Source of the DNA: Acidimicrobiia bacterium
GTDB lineage: Bacteria; Actinomycetota; Acidimicrobiia; Spongiisociales; ZC4RG35
Length of the DNA: 64,000 nucleotides
Assembly (NCBI GenBank): GCA_965261135.1
Contig: OZ253443.1
Span: 2,192,521-2,256,520 of the forward strand
Direction: 5' to 3'
A program made the translations under genes and the position numbers. Below the pieces are notes generated by a model. That model ran no database searches. It was not told where the DNA came from and saw only the letters and a list, made by a program, of their open reading frames with translations. Below, piece by piece: positions 27,997-37,042 of this stretch; position 1 is the first letter of the stretch, and every line of letters begins with the position of its first letter.

Positions 27997-29814
27997 ATGG
28001 ACCTTCGCTTTACAGAGTCCCAGCCCACCGCTGCTGAGCGGGAGGCAGTGGAGTCGGTCACCGGCCCAGGCGGCATCGAAAGCCACCGCCGGGTGCGGAC
28101 CGCCGCCAACCTGCGTATCTTCATGACCGGACGACAGAGCGTGGTGGATCGACGCCACCTCCTGCTGCCCGCCCTCGAGACCGTGCAATCCGAGATAGGG
28201 TGGGTCTCGGAAGGCGCCTTGATGCACATCTGTCGGGTTTTGTCCGTCCCTCCGGCCGAGGCGTGGGGGGTGGCTACCTTCTACTCCCTGATATCGGTCG
28301 ATCCCTCCCCGTCCGAGGTATGGCACATCTGCGACGATATTGTCTGCCGCCGCGCCGGCGCCCTGGAACTTATCGAGGGACTGGAAGCCGGGGGAGCGGA
28401 AGCTCCGAACGCCCGATGGGCGCGCTCGCCCTGTCTCGGACAATGCGACCTGGCGCCGGCGGCCTACATCCAGCGGGCCGGGGAAGACGACCTGGTAATG
28501 GTGGAAGTAGGCGCCTCCGAGCTGGGCGAATGGCCCAACAACACTTCTCTCTCGATGGCCAACGGCCGTTCGGCCAAACCCGCCATTCCCCAGTCCGGCC
28601 AACCCCATCTGCGGCTGCTGCGGCGGGTGGAGGTGGTGGATCCCGAATGCCTCGACTCCTACCTGGCCGCCGGTGGATACCAAGCCCTGGAAAAGGCGGT
28701 GGAGATGGGGCCGGAAGCGGTGAACGGAGAGATCAAGACCTCGGGCCTCCGGGGTCGGGGAGGAGCGGCGTTTCCCGCCTGGATCAAGTGGGAAGCAGTG
28801 GCCAACTCCCCCGAGCCGGTCCGCTATCTGATCTGCAACGCCGACGAGTCTGAGCCGGGCACCTTCAAGGACCGGGTTCTGATGGAGGACGATCCCTTCT
28901 CGGTAATTGAATCCATGACCCTCGCCGGATACGCGATCGGCGCCCGCCGAGGGTATCTCTACATCCGGGGGGAATATCCCCTGGCCACCGAACGGCTGCT
29001 GCGGGCGATGGACTCGGCGCGTCAGCGGGGCCTATTGGGAGACACCTCCGGAACCGGTGTCTCTTTCGATATCGAACTCCGCCGCGGCCAGGGCGCCTAC
29101 ATCTGCGGTGAGGAAACCGCCCTGATGAACTCCATCGAGGGTTTCCGGGGAGAGCCGCGCAACAAGCCCCCCTTCCCCACTGTCTCGGGGCTGTTCGGAA
29201 AGCCGACCGTCATCAACAACGTGGAGACCCTGTGCAATGTCCTCGACATCGTCACCGAGGGCGGAGAGGCCTTTGCCTCGATGGGAACCGCTCAGTCCAC
29301 CGGACCCAAACTATTCTGTCTATCGGGATCGGTCAACCGGCCAGGCGTCTACGAGGTGGAATTCGGCGCCACTCTCAGGGAGTTGATCGACCTGGCGGGA
29401 GGTTTGCCCGAGGGTCTGGAACCAAGGGCGATCCTGCTGGGCGGCGCGGCCGGTTCGTTCGTGCTCCCCGACCTCCTCGACATGCCACTCACTTTCGAGG
29501 CTGCCGTCGAGGCCGGGGTTTCGCTCGGATCGGGAGTGATAATGGTGTTCGACCAGCACACCGACTTCGGAGACATCCTCGCCCGCATCGCCGCCTTTTT
29601 TCGGGATGAGACCTGCGGGCAGTGCGTGCCCTGCCGGGTTGGTACTGTACGTATCGAAGAAGCGCTGGCGCGAATCCGCCGACGCCCCCGACCCGGAGAC
29701 CTGGAACTGATCACCGAAATCGACCTGGCCATGCGGGACGCATCTATCTGCGGCTTGGGACACACCGCCGCCATTGCCCTGCGATCCGCCCTCGACCTGG
29801 GACTGCTGAAATGA
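27997..29814 (+). CDS. NAD(P)-linked formate dehydrogenase diaphorase subunit: fused NuoE-like (2Fe-2S thioredoxin-fold) + NuoF-like (FMN/NADH-binding, 4Fe-4S) protein
   Basis: 605 aa. N-terminal NuoE-like Cys ligands (...CRVLSVP...). The NuoF-like domain has the GRGGAAFP glycine-rich FMN/NADH loop and a C-terminal CGQCVPCRVG 4Fe-4S motif. Confidence 0.85.
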   Translation: MDLRFTESQPTAAEREAVESVTGPGGIESHRRVRTAANLRIFMTGRQSVVDRRHLLLPALETVQSEIGWVSEGALMHICRVLSVPPAEAWGVATFYSLISVDPSPSEVWHICDDIVCRRAGALELIEGLEAGGAEAPNARWARSPCLGQCDLAPAAYIQRAGEDDLVMVEVGASELGEWPNNTSLSMANGRSAKPAIPQSGQPHLRLLRRVEVVDPECLDSYLAAGGYQALEKAVEMGPEAVNGEIKTSGLRGRGGAAFPAWIKWEAVANSPEPVRYLICNADESEPGTFKDRVLMEDDPFSVIESMTLAGYAIGARRGYLYIRGEYPLATERLLRAMDSARQRGLLGDTSGTGVSFDIELRRGQGAYICGEETALMNSIEGFRGEPRNKPPFPTVSGLFGKPTVINNVETLCNVLDIVTEGGEAFASMGTAQSTGPKLFCLSGSVNRPGVYEVEFGATLRELIDLAGGLPEGLEPRAILLGGAAGSFVLPDLLDMPLTFEAAVEAGVSLGSGVIMVFDQHTDFGDILARIAAFFRDETCGQCVPCRVGTVRIEEALARIRRRPRPGDLELITEIDLAMRDASICGLGHTAAIALRSALDLGLLK

Positions 29815-30809
29815 CCCGACCCAAAACAACCACCGCTCCTCACCAAACCGTCCAGTTGACCATTGACGGCGCACCGATGGAGGTCAAGGCGGACGCCACC
29901 CTTCTGGAAGCCTGTGAACAAATGGGGACCGCAATTCCCACCCTTTGTTATCTGGAGACCCTCACCCCGGTCAACGTGTGCCGGATCTGTGTGGTGGAGG
30001 TAGAACGGAGCCGCACACTGGTACCCGCCTGCTCGCGGATCGTCGAGGAGGGCATGGTGGTGAATACCGACTCGGAGCGGGTCCGGCACAGTCGGAAGAT
30101 GGTCCTGGAGTTCCTGGGCTCCTCGGTGGATCTTTCGCTGGCCGATGCCGAGGTCGGCGGGTGGATGGAAGAGTACGACGCCGACCCGACCCGCTACGGA
30201 GCCCCCGCCGAGCCCACCGCGGCCGGGGAACGGGACGGGAGGCATCCGGGGCATCATAATTCGGTCAGCGGTAAAACCGCTGAGGGAGTACACCAGCCCA
30301 CCAAGGTGGACAACACCCTCTATGTCCGCGACTATTCCCGCTGCATCCTCTGCTACAAGTGCGTGGAGGCGTGCGGGATCGATGCCCAGGGCACTTACGC
30401 CATAGCGGTGGCGGGCCGGGGCTTCGACGCCCGGATCTCCACCGAGATGGACCTTCCCCTGGGCGACGGCGCCTGTGTGTTCTGTGGCAACTGCATAGGA
30501 GTGTGCCCGACCGGCGCCCTTATGTTCCGCTCGGAATGGGAACTCCGGAAGGCGGATCTATGGGATCCCGAAGCGCAGTCTGTGACCCGGACGGTTTGCT
30601 CCTATTGCGGAGTCGGCTGCAACCTGGAGTTGCACACCCAGGACAACCGCATTGTCAAGGTCACCTCTCCCCAGGATCACGAGGTCACCAGCGGCCATCT
30701 GTGCATCAAGGGCCGGTTCGGCTACGACTACGTGCAGAGCCTGGGCGATGTGGACCAAAGCTCGATCGACGAGGTGCTGGCCGCCGCCCGCCGTCCCAAC
30801 CCCGAATAG
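29811..30809 (+). CDS. NuoG-N-terminal-like Fe-S subunit (2Fe-2S + 4Fe-4S clusters) carrying at its C-terminus the MopB-type 4Fe-4S domain that normally opens the FDH catalytic subunit
   Basis: ATG at 29811 overlaps the previous stop (ATGA). CRICVVEV... 2Fe-2S; CILCYKCVEACG and CVFCGNCIGVCP ferredoxin motifs; C-terminal CSYCGVGCNLELHTQDNRIVKV...GHLCIKGRFGYDY matches FdhF residues 8-55 (CPYCASGC...LCLKGYYGWDF). Confidence 0.8.
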   Translation: MTRPKTTTAPHQTVQLTIDGAPMEVKADATLLEACEQMGTAIPTLCYLETLTPVNVCRICVVEVERSRTLVPACSRIVEEGMVVNTDSERVRHSRKMVLEFLGSSVDLSLADAEVGGWMEEYDADPTRYGAPAEPTAAGERDGRHPGHHNSVSGKTAEGVHQPTKVDNTLYVRDYSRCILCYKCVEACGIDAQGTYAIAVAGRGFDARISTEMDLPLGDGACVFCGNCIGVCPTGALMFRSEWELRKADLWDPEAQSVTRTVCSYCGVGCNLELHTQDNRIVKVTSPQDHEVTSGHLCIKGRFGYDYVQSLGDVDQSSIDEVLAAARRPNPE

Positions 30810-30818
30810 CCGCGGCGC

Positions 30819-31661
30819 TCAGGCCGGAGCGGGGGCTTTTCGACGGAGGGAATCACGCAGCCGCGATCCTGTCAGGGCTACGAAGAACAGGGACACCGAG
30901 ATCAACACGATGGTGGCCGAGGCGGCCGTGGAAAAGCGATAGCTGATCACCAGACCACTGATCACCGAGAAGACCGCCAAAGCGGCAGAGACCGCCATCA
31001 CCAGCACCACCCGCCGAACCAGGATAATGGCCGTGGCCGGAGGCCCGATCAGCAGACCGAACACCAGGATAGCGCCTACTCCCTGAAACAGGACGACCAT
31101 CGTACCCGTGATGAGCGCCAACAGTGTCAGGTGAGCTATCCGAGGACGAAGGTCCATCATCTCGGCTTTGGCCTCATTGAAGGCGAGGGCCAGAAACGAC
31201 CGATACATCACAACCGATACCGCCATGGCAACCACCAGGCTCACCGCTTCCAACAGGATGCCGCCGCCGGTCACCCCCAGCAGGTCACCGAATAGAACCG
31301 CGGTGATCGAGACCGAAAAGCTGGAGGTCAGTGAAATCACCACCACTCCGAGGGACAGCATGCCCACGAACAGCAGCCCGATCCCGATGTCGGCGCTGAG
31401 CTTGGTGTGTTGGTGAACCTGATTGATCCCCCATACCATCACCACCCCAGCCACCAGCGCCCCCCACAGCGGATTGACTCCCGCCAGCAGGGCGATAGCG
31501 ACACCGGGAATAATCCCATGGGCAACCGCATCGCCCATGAAGGACATCCCCCGGATAACCACCCAGGTACCCACCACCGAGGTAAGTATCCCGGCCAGTA
31601 TCCCGGCCAGTAACGCCCGCTGCTGAAAAGCGAATTCAAACGGCTCCAACAGCCAGTCCAT
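30819..31661 (-). CDS. znuB: Metal (zinc/manganese) ABC transporter permease, ABC-3 family (ZnuB-like)
   Basis: 280 aa, 8-9 TM, ABC-3 permease pattern. Divergent from a Fur-family regulator gene across a Fur-type box. Confidence 0.8.
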   Translation of the reverse strand: MDWLLEPFEFAFQQRALLAGILAGILTSVVGTWVVIRGMSFMGDAVAHGIIPGVAIALLAGVNPLWGALVAGVVMVWGINQVHQHTKLSADIGIGLLFVGMLSLGVVVISLTSSFSVSITAVLFGDLLGVTGGGILLEAVSLVVAMAVSVVMYRSFLALAFNEAKAEMMDLRPRIAHLTLLALITGTMVVLFQGVGAILVFGLLIGPPATAIILVRRVVLVMAVSAALAVFSVISGLVISYRFSTAASATIVLISVSLFFVALTGSRLRDSLRRKAPAPA

Positions 31662-31702
31662 ACCATCTACTTTCTCGAATCGGATAAATATGCATCAGCG
31701 AT

Positions 31703-31717
31703 TGATAATCATTATCA
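31703..31717. promoter_or_regulatory. Fur-family (Zur) operator: perfect 7-1-7 palindrome TGATAATCATTATCA in the znuB / zur-znuC divergent promoter
   Basis: Read directly. Sits in the AT-rich 66-bp intergenic region between the znuB start (31661, minus) and the zur start (31728, plus). Matches the GATAAT-n-ATTATC Fur/Zur box architecture. Confidence 0.75.
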
Positions 31718-31727
31718 TATATGAACC

Positions 31728-32165
31728 ATGTTTGGACTCCACTCCAAAGTAGAAGAGAGTCTTCGCTCGCAGGGCATGCGCTATACCACCAACCGCAGGG
31801 CGCTCGTCGAGGCGCTGGACAACACCGCAGGCCCTCTCACCGTCGAAGAGCTCTACCAGGTTACGGAGGCGCGCATCCCTTTTTCCTCCATCTATAGGGA
31901 CGTTCGCGTGTTGACCGAATCGCAGGTGCTCGCCTCTCACCACAGCGCCGATCGGTCCAACCGCTTCGAATTGGCCGAATGGCTGACGGGACATCATCAC
32001 CACTTGGTGTGCATGCAGTGCATGGCCATCTCCGACATCTCCCTGACCCCTGAAACCGAGTACCGCCTCTCCCGGTTGGCGGAGAACGCAGCCACCGACA
32101 CCGGGTATCGGGTAGCCGGCCACACCCTGGAGATCGAGGGCCTGTGCCCGAACTGCCAGACATGA
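31728..32165 (+). CDS. zur: Fur-family transcriptional regulator (zinc uptake regulator, Zur-like)
   Basis: 145 aa. HHHHLVCMQC and CPNC metal-binding Cys pairs. N-terminal winged-helix DNA-binding region. Co-located with znuB/znuC and a Fur box. Confidence 0.8.
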   Translation: MFGLHSKVEESLRSQGMRYTTNRRALVEALDNTAGPLTVEELYQVTEARIPFSSIYRDVRVLTESQVLASHHSADRSNRFELAEWLTGHHHHLVCMQCMAISDISLTPETEYRLSRLAENAATDTGYRVAGHTLEIEGLCPNCQT

Positions 32166-32905
32166 GAGTACCCGAGCAGGCCATCGAGAACGCCATCGAA
32201 GCGGAAGGACTGGAGCTCCGCTACGGCTCGAACATAGTCTTGGAACCCTCATCTTTCACCGCGCCCATGGGAGCAATCACCGCCCTGATCGGGCCGAACG
32301 GTGCCGGAAAGTCCACCCTGCTTCACTCCCTGGTCGGCTTGATAAGCCCCTCTGGCGGACGGATCACCGTCTTGGGAACCTCCCCTCAAAGAGCCCGGAA
32401 ACAGGTTGCCTATGTCATCCAGTCCAAGCAGATCAACCAGTCTTTGCCGCTCACGGTGGCCCAGGTTGTGGCCATGGGCCGCTATCCGAACCGGGGAATG
32501 ATCCGACCATTGAGGATCGATGACCGCGCCCGGGTTCAAGAGGCCATGGAGAGGATGGAAATCACCGATTTGTCCAACCGCCACCTCACTGAGCTGTCGG
32601 GTGGACAACGACAGCGGGTTTTCATGGCTCAGGGAATCGCCCAGGATCATCTTGTGATGCTTCTGGACGAGCCACTCACCGGCCTCGATATCATCTCGGC
32701 GGAGGCAGTGGACAGAACCCTCCACCAAGAGAAGGCCCACGGCTGCGCGGTTTTGGTATCCACCCACGACCTGGGAGAAGCCGGCAGCGCCGATCATGTG
32801 CTGCTGCTGGGGGAGAGGAGAGTGATCAGCGGGCCCCCTCCGGAGGTGCTGACCACCGACAACCTCCTTTCGGCTTTCGGGGCCGGGCTGATGCACATCC
32901 ACTGA
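32144..32905 (+). CDS. znuC: Metal ABC transporter ATP-binding protein (ZnuC-like)
   Basis: Walker A GPNGAGKST, signature LSGGQRQRV, Walker B LLDEPLTGLD. More likely start is the ATG at 32162 forming an ATGA overlap with the zur stop. Confidence 0.85.
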   Translation: MPELPDMRVPEQAIENAIEAEGLELRYGSNIVLEPSSFTAPMGAITALIGPNGAGKSTLLHSLVGLISPSGGRITVLGTSPQRARKQVAYVIQSKQINQSLPLTVAQVVAMGRYPNRGMIRPLRIDDRARVQEAMERMEITDLSNRHLTELSGGQRQRVFMAQGIAQDHLVMLLDEPLTGLDIISAEAVDRTLHQEKAHGCAVLVSTHDLGEAGSADHVLLLGERRVISGPPPEVLTTDNLLSAFGAGLMHIH

Positions 32906-32957
32906 GGGCCGGGATCCAAGAGGGACCCGAAGAGACGGAACGGAGAGCCAATATCAC

Positions 32958-33425
32958 ATGAGTATCAAAAGCGAGTTGCGCACCGAGTTGGTGAAGGCCA
33001 TGAAGTCGGGGGACCGCCGCCGGAGGGACGCTATCCGTTCCGTCCAGGCAGAGATACAGACGCGAAGGACCGCCCGCGGTTTTTCCGGGACGGGCGAAGA
33101 TGACAACTTCTATGAGCAGATGATCGGGAGCTATGCGAAAAAGATGCGCAAGGCCGCCGCCGAATACGCCAACCTGGGAGAACGCGGGGAAGAGATGTCC
33201 CGAAAGCTCTCCTTTGAAGTGGAGTACCTCTCCCGATGGCTGCCCGCCCGCCTGGACGAGGAGCAGAGCCGACAACTGGTTCGAGAGACCATCGCCCACT
33301 TGGGGGTGGCGGGGCAACCCCGGGCGCAGGGCAGAGTGATGGGGCACATTATGAAGACCCGCCGCCAAGAGGTGGACGGCGGCCTGGTTTCCCGGCTGGC
33401 GGCCGAGGAACTGTCCAGCGGATAG
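32958..33425 (+). CDS. GatB/YqeY-domain protein
   Basis: 155 aa. N-terminal ELRTELVKAMKSGDRRRRDAIRSVQAEIQ matches the YqeY helical domain pattern. Confidence 0.65.
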   Translation: MSIKSELRTELVKAMKSGDRRRRDAIRSVQAEIQTRRTARGFSGTGEDDNFYEQMIGSYAKKMRKAAAEYANLGERGEEMSRKLSFEVEYLSRWLPARLDEEQSRQLVRETIAHLGVAGQPRAQGRVMGHIMKTRRQEVDGGLVSRLAAEELSSG

Positions 33426-33541
33426 ACACTCCCACCTCCCTTTTTGGAGTTGCGAACCGCCGGTCTACCGGAGAGGAGGCGTCCCGGCTTTTCGGGGCCC
33501 CAACGACCTGAGCACAAGAGACAAGTACAATTAGGAGTCTG

Positions 33542-34363
33542 ATGCGTCCCGTCTGGAAAGGCGCCATTTCTTTTGGCCTGGTGAACATCCCGGTGATCCT
33601 CTACTCGGCCACCGAAGACCGGCGGCCCAAGTTCAAGCAGTTGCGCCAAAGCGACCAGAGCCCCATCCGCTACAAGCGGGTGGCGGAGACCGATGGACAG
33701 GAGGTGCCCTGGAGCGAGATCGTCCGCGGCTATGAGGTGGAGCGCGGCGCCTATGTGGTGTTCAGCGACTCGGAGTTGTCCGCCGCCGGAATAGGGAAAA
33801 AGGGCCTGCCGCTGATCGAGGTGCTCAAGTTCGTGGAGTCAGAAGAGATCGACCCCGTCTACTACAAGTCCTCCTATTACCTGACGCCAGAGAAAACCGG
33901 TTTGCGCGCCTACCGGATCCTCTTGGAGGCGCTCCGCTCGGCAGGCAGGGTGGGAGTGGCCCGCTTCGCCATGCGGGGCAAGGAGCACCTCTCCACTCTC
34001 CGCTATCACCAGGAGAGCCTCGTATTGGAGACCATGTTCTGGCCCGACGAAATTCGCTCGGTCCCCGCCGACGACGCCGAAGAGGAAGTGGAGGTCCGCC
34101 CCGAAGAGGTGGAGATGGCCAAGCTCCTGATCGAGACGATGAGCGGACCCTTCGCAGGAGAGGAGTACAAGGACAAAACCAGGGGGAACATCGAGGAAGC
34201 CGCCCGGCTCAAGGTGGAGGGAAAAGAGATAGTCTCGGTCGCCGGGACACCCGAGCCCGGCCAGGTGATAGATCTGCTGGCCGCTCTCAAGGCCAGCGTG
34301 GAGGCGACCAAGCTGGCTACGGAGCGCCGCGACCCTCCCGACGCCCAAACAGCCGTCGGCTAG
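33542..34363 (+). CDS. ku: Non-homologous end-joining protein Ku
   Basis: Starts MRPVWKGAISFGLVNIPV..., the canonical bacterial Ku N-terminus. 273 aa with acidic C-terminal tail. Confidence 0.9.
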   Translation: MRPVWKGAISFGLVNIPVILYSATEDRRPKFKQLRQSDQSPIRYKRVAETDGQEVPWSEIVRGYEVERGAYVVFSDSELSAAGIGKKGLPLIEVLKFVESEEIDPVYYKSSYYLTPEKTGLRAYRILLEALRSAGRVGVARFAMRGKEHLSTLRYHQESLVLETMFWPDEIRSVPADDAEEEVEVRPEEVEMAKLLIETMSGPFAGEEYKDKTRGNIEEAARLKVEGKEIVSVAGTPEPGQVIDLLAALKASVEATKLATERRDPPDAQTAVG

Positions 34364-34390
34364 CTTTACTTCGGGACGGCTCCCCTCAAG

Positions 34391-35665
34391 TCAATCCATT
34401 TCCAGGCGGAACATGTCCTCGAACTCCTCGCGGCGCACCACCAAGCGCGATTGCCCGTCGGAGACGAAAACCACCGGGGGGCGGGGGACCTTTTGATAGT
34501 TGGATCCCATCGAGTGCCCATAGGCGCCAGTAACCGGGGTGGCGACAATGTCACCGACCTCGACATCCCCGGGAAGCCAGCCCTCCGAAACCAGTCTGTC
34601 CCCGCTTTCGCAGTGCTTCCCCACCACGGTTACTTCCCGCTCTCGCGGAGCGCCCACCGCCCTGGGGAGGAACACCTCATAACCGCTCCCGTACAGCACC
34701 GGCCGGGGATTGTCGCTCATCCCTCCATCCACCGCCAGGTAGGTACGCACCCCCTCCACCTCCTTGATGGTCCCCACTCGGTAGAGAGTTATAGCCGCAG
34801 CAGCAGCGATGACTCTTCCCGGCTCGGCCATGATCGGTCCCCTGACGCCCTCGGATCGACAGACCCCGACCAGCGCCTCCGCCCACTCTCCGATGGTCGG
34901 CGCCGACTCCCCCTCCACGTAGGGAACTCCCAATCCGCCTCCCAGCGACAACTCCTCCAAACCGAAAGGCTCCGCCATTCTCGCCACGATCCGGGCCGCT
35001 TCCCGAAAGGACTCCAGCCGGAAAACCTGGCTGCCGATGTGGGCATGGACACCCCGCGCTCTCATGGAAGGAGAATTCTTGGCCCGTCGCACCGCCCGGG
35101 CGGCCGCTCCCGAAGACACAGTGAAGCCGAACTTGGTGTCGTCGTGGCCGGTGGCCACGAACTCGTGGGTGTGGGCATCCACCCCCGGGGTGATACGGAT
35201 CAGGACATCCACCGGGGCGCCCCCTCTCAGGGAGTGAAGGTGGTCGATTCGATCCATCTCGTCGAAGGAATCCACCACCACTCTGCCCACTCCCCCCTCG
35301 ATCGCCATCCTCAACTCTTCCGAAGACTTGTTGTTGCCGTGAAATACCAGTCTCGAGGGCGGAAAGCCGGCCCGAAGAGCCATCGCCAACTCCCCTCCCG
35401 TGGCCACATCCATACCCAGGCCCTCGGATTCCACCAGCCTCGCCATAGCCACACACAGAAAGGCCTTGGCCGCATAGGACACTCCTCCTCCAAAAGCCTC
35501 CAATGCCTCCCGGCAACGGCGGCGCAGATGGAGTTCGTCGTAAACGAACAACGGGGTTCCGTACCGTTCCGCCATTTCAACGAGGTCGCATCCGCCCACC
35601 ATCAGACGTCCGGCCACCACTTCGGAGGTAAGGGGGAGAAGATGGAAGGGCAGAGGTCCGGCCAT
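34391..35665 (-). CDS. lysA: Diaminopimelate decarboxylase
   Basis: 424 aa fold-III PLP decarboxylase. YAAKAF (PLP-Lys), HIGSQ and GGGLGV motifs. Synteny with hom-thrC. Confidence 0.9.
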   Translation of the reverse strand: MAGPLPFHLLPLTSEVVAGRLMVGGCDLVEMAERYGTPLFVYDELHLRRRCREALEAFGGGVSYAAKAFLCVAMARLVESEGLGMDVATGGELAMALRAGFPPSRLVFHGNNKSSEELRMAIEGGVGRVVVDSFDEMDRIDHLHSLRGGAPVDVLIRITPGVDAHTHEFVATGHDDTKFGFTVSSGAAARAVRRAKNSPSMRARGVHAHIGSQVFRLESFREAARIVARMAEPFGLEELSLGGGLGVPYVEGESAPTIGEWAEALVGVCRSEGVRGPIMAEPGRVIAAAAAITLYRVGTIKEVEGVRTYLAVDGGMSDNPRPVLYGSGYEVFLPRAVGAPREREVTVVGKHCESGDRLVSEGWLPGDVEVGDIVATPVTGAYGHSMGSNYQKVPRPPVVFVSDGQSRLVVRREEFEDMFRLEMD

Positions 35666-35730
35666 GACCTTGGTCCTCGGGGACGATTACGTTTGCCGAA
35701 GGCTACCTTAATCCCTCTAGCATTCCGGCT

Positions 35731-37008
35731 ATGGAAATAGGCGTAGGCATCCTGGGAGGAGGCACGGTCGGCGGAGAACTGGCCAGACGCCTGCTCGAGG
35801 ACCGGGATGCGATACTGGCCAAGTCGGGGATCGACCTGCGATTGCGAGGGGTGGCGGTTCGGGAGTTGGACAAACCCCGGGCCTTTCCCTCCCGATATGT
35901 CGTGGACCGGACGGACCTGCTCGTTTCTCTCCCCGGAGTGGATCTGGTGGTGGAACTGATGGGAGGAGTGGATCCTGCCCGGGAGTTGGTTCTCTCCGCC
36001 CTGGATCTGGGCAAGCCGGTGATCACCGCCAACAAGGAACTCCTGTCACTGCACGGACCCGAACTATTCGCCCGGGCGGCCGCCAAAGGGGTCTCTCTTC
36101 TCTTCGAGGCGGCGGTGGGAGGAGGAATACCCCTGATACGTCCTCTCTCCGAATCCCTGGCGGGAGAGAAAATCGAGCGGGTGATGGGAATCGTCAACGG
36201 GACCACCAATTTCATCCTGACCGCGATGGATACCAGGGGGATTCCCTACCAGGAGGCTCTGGCCGAGGCACAGAGACTCGGATACGCCGAGGCCGATCCG
36301 ACCGCCGATGTGAGTGGAAGCGACGCTGCCGCCAAAGCCGCCATTCTGGCCGGACTGGCTTTCGGGCGATGGGTGGGCATAGACCGTGTCCACCGGGAGG
36401 GAATCACGGATCTCGCCATCCAGGATCTCGGGTTCGCCCGCCAACTGGGGTATCGCATCAAGCTGTTGGCGGTGGCCGACACCTCCCCCCACGGCCCGGC
36501 GGTGCGGGTTCACCCCGCCCTGGTGCCCAACGATCACCCCCTGGCGCTGATCCGCGGCGCCAACAACGGAGTCTTCCTGGAGGGACCCTCGATCGGAGAG
36601 CTTCTGTTCCTGGGGCCGGGTGCGGGAGGAAGACCCACCGCAACCGCGGTACTGGGAGATGTCATTCTCGCCTCCCGGGAGTTTCTGGCGGGTACCAAGG
36701 TCGCCCCTCGAGTGCGCTTCGGGGACGGGGCCTTGCAGGACTTCTCCGAAGTGGAAACCCAGTGGTACCTACGCCTGGAGGTCAAGGACGCTCCCGGGGT
36801 CCTGGCCCAGATCGCGACGGTGTTCGGAACCCATCAGGTATCGATCATGTCGGTCTGGCAGGAAGGACGAGGAGATCACGCCACCCTGCTACTGATCACC
36901 CACCATGCTCGGGAGACCAACCACCGGGCGTCCGTCCGTGACCTGGAAAGACTGGAAGTGGTGAGACAGGTGGCCGCCACCATTCGCGTAATCGGCGCCG
37001 GCCCCTGA
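35731..37008 (+). CDS. hom: Homoserine dehydrogenase
   Basis: GILGGGTVGGEL NAD(P) motif, central catalytic domain, C-terminal ACT domain. 425 aa. Confidence 0.9.
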   Translation: MEIGVGILGGGTVGGELARRLLEDRDAILAKSGIDLRLRGVAVRELDKPRAFPSRYVVDRTDLLVSLPGVDLVVELMGGVDPARELVLSALDLGKPVITANKELLSLHGPELFARAAAKGVSLLFEAAVGGGIPLIRPLSESLAGEKIERVMGIVNGTTNFILTAMDTRGIPYQEALAEAQRLGYAEADPTADVSGSDAAAKAAILAGLAFGRWVGIDRVHREGITDLAIQDLGFARQLGYRIKLLAVADTSPHGPAVRVHPALVPNDHPLALIRGANNGVFLEGPSIGELLFLGPGAGGRPTATAVLGDVILASREFLAGTKVAPRVRFGDGALQDFSEVETQWYLRLEVKDAPGVLAQIATVFGTHQVSIMSVWQEGRGDHATLLLITHHARETNHRASVRDLERLEVVRQVAATIRVIGAGP

Positions 37009-37042
37009 TGGATACCCCCGCCCTTGCTGCGGGGGGCCGGCT

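Noticed and set aside
34451-35740. 429-aa plus-strand ORF
   Set aside because: Antisense to lysA.
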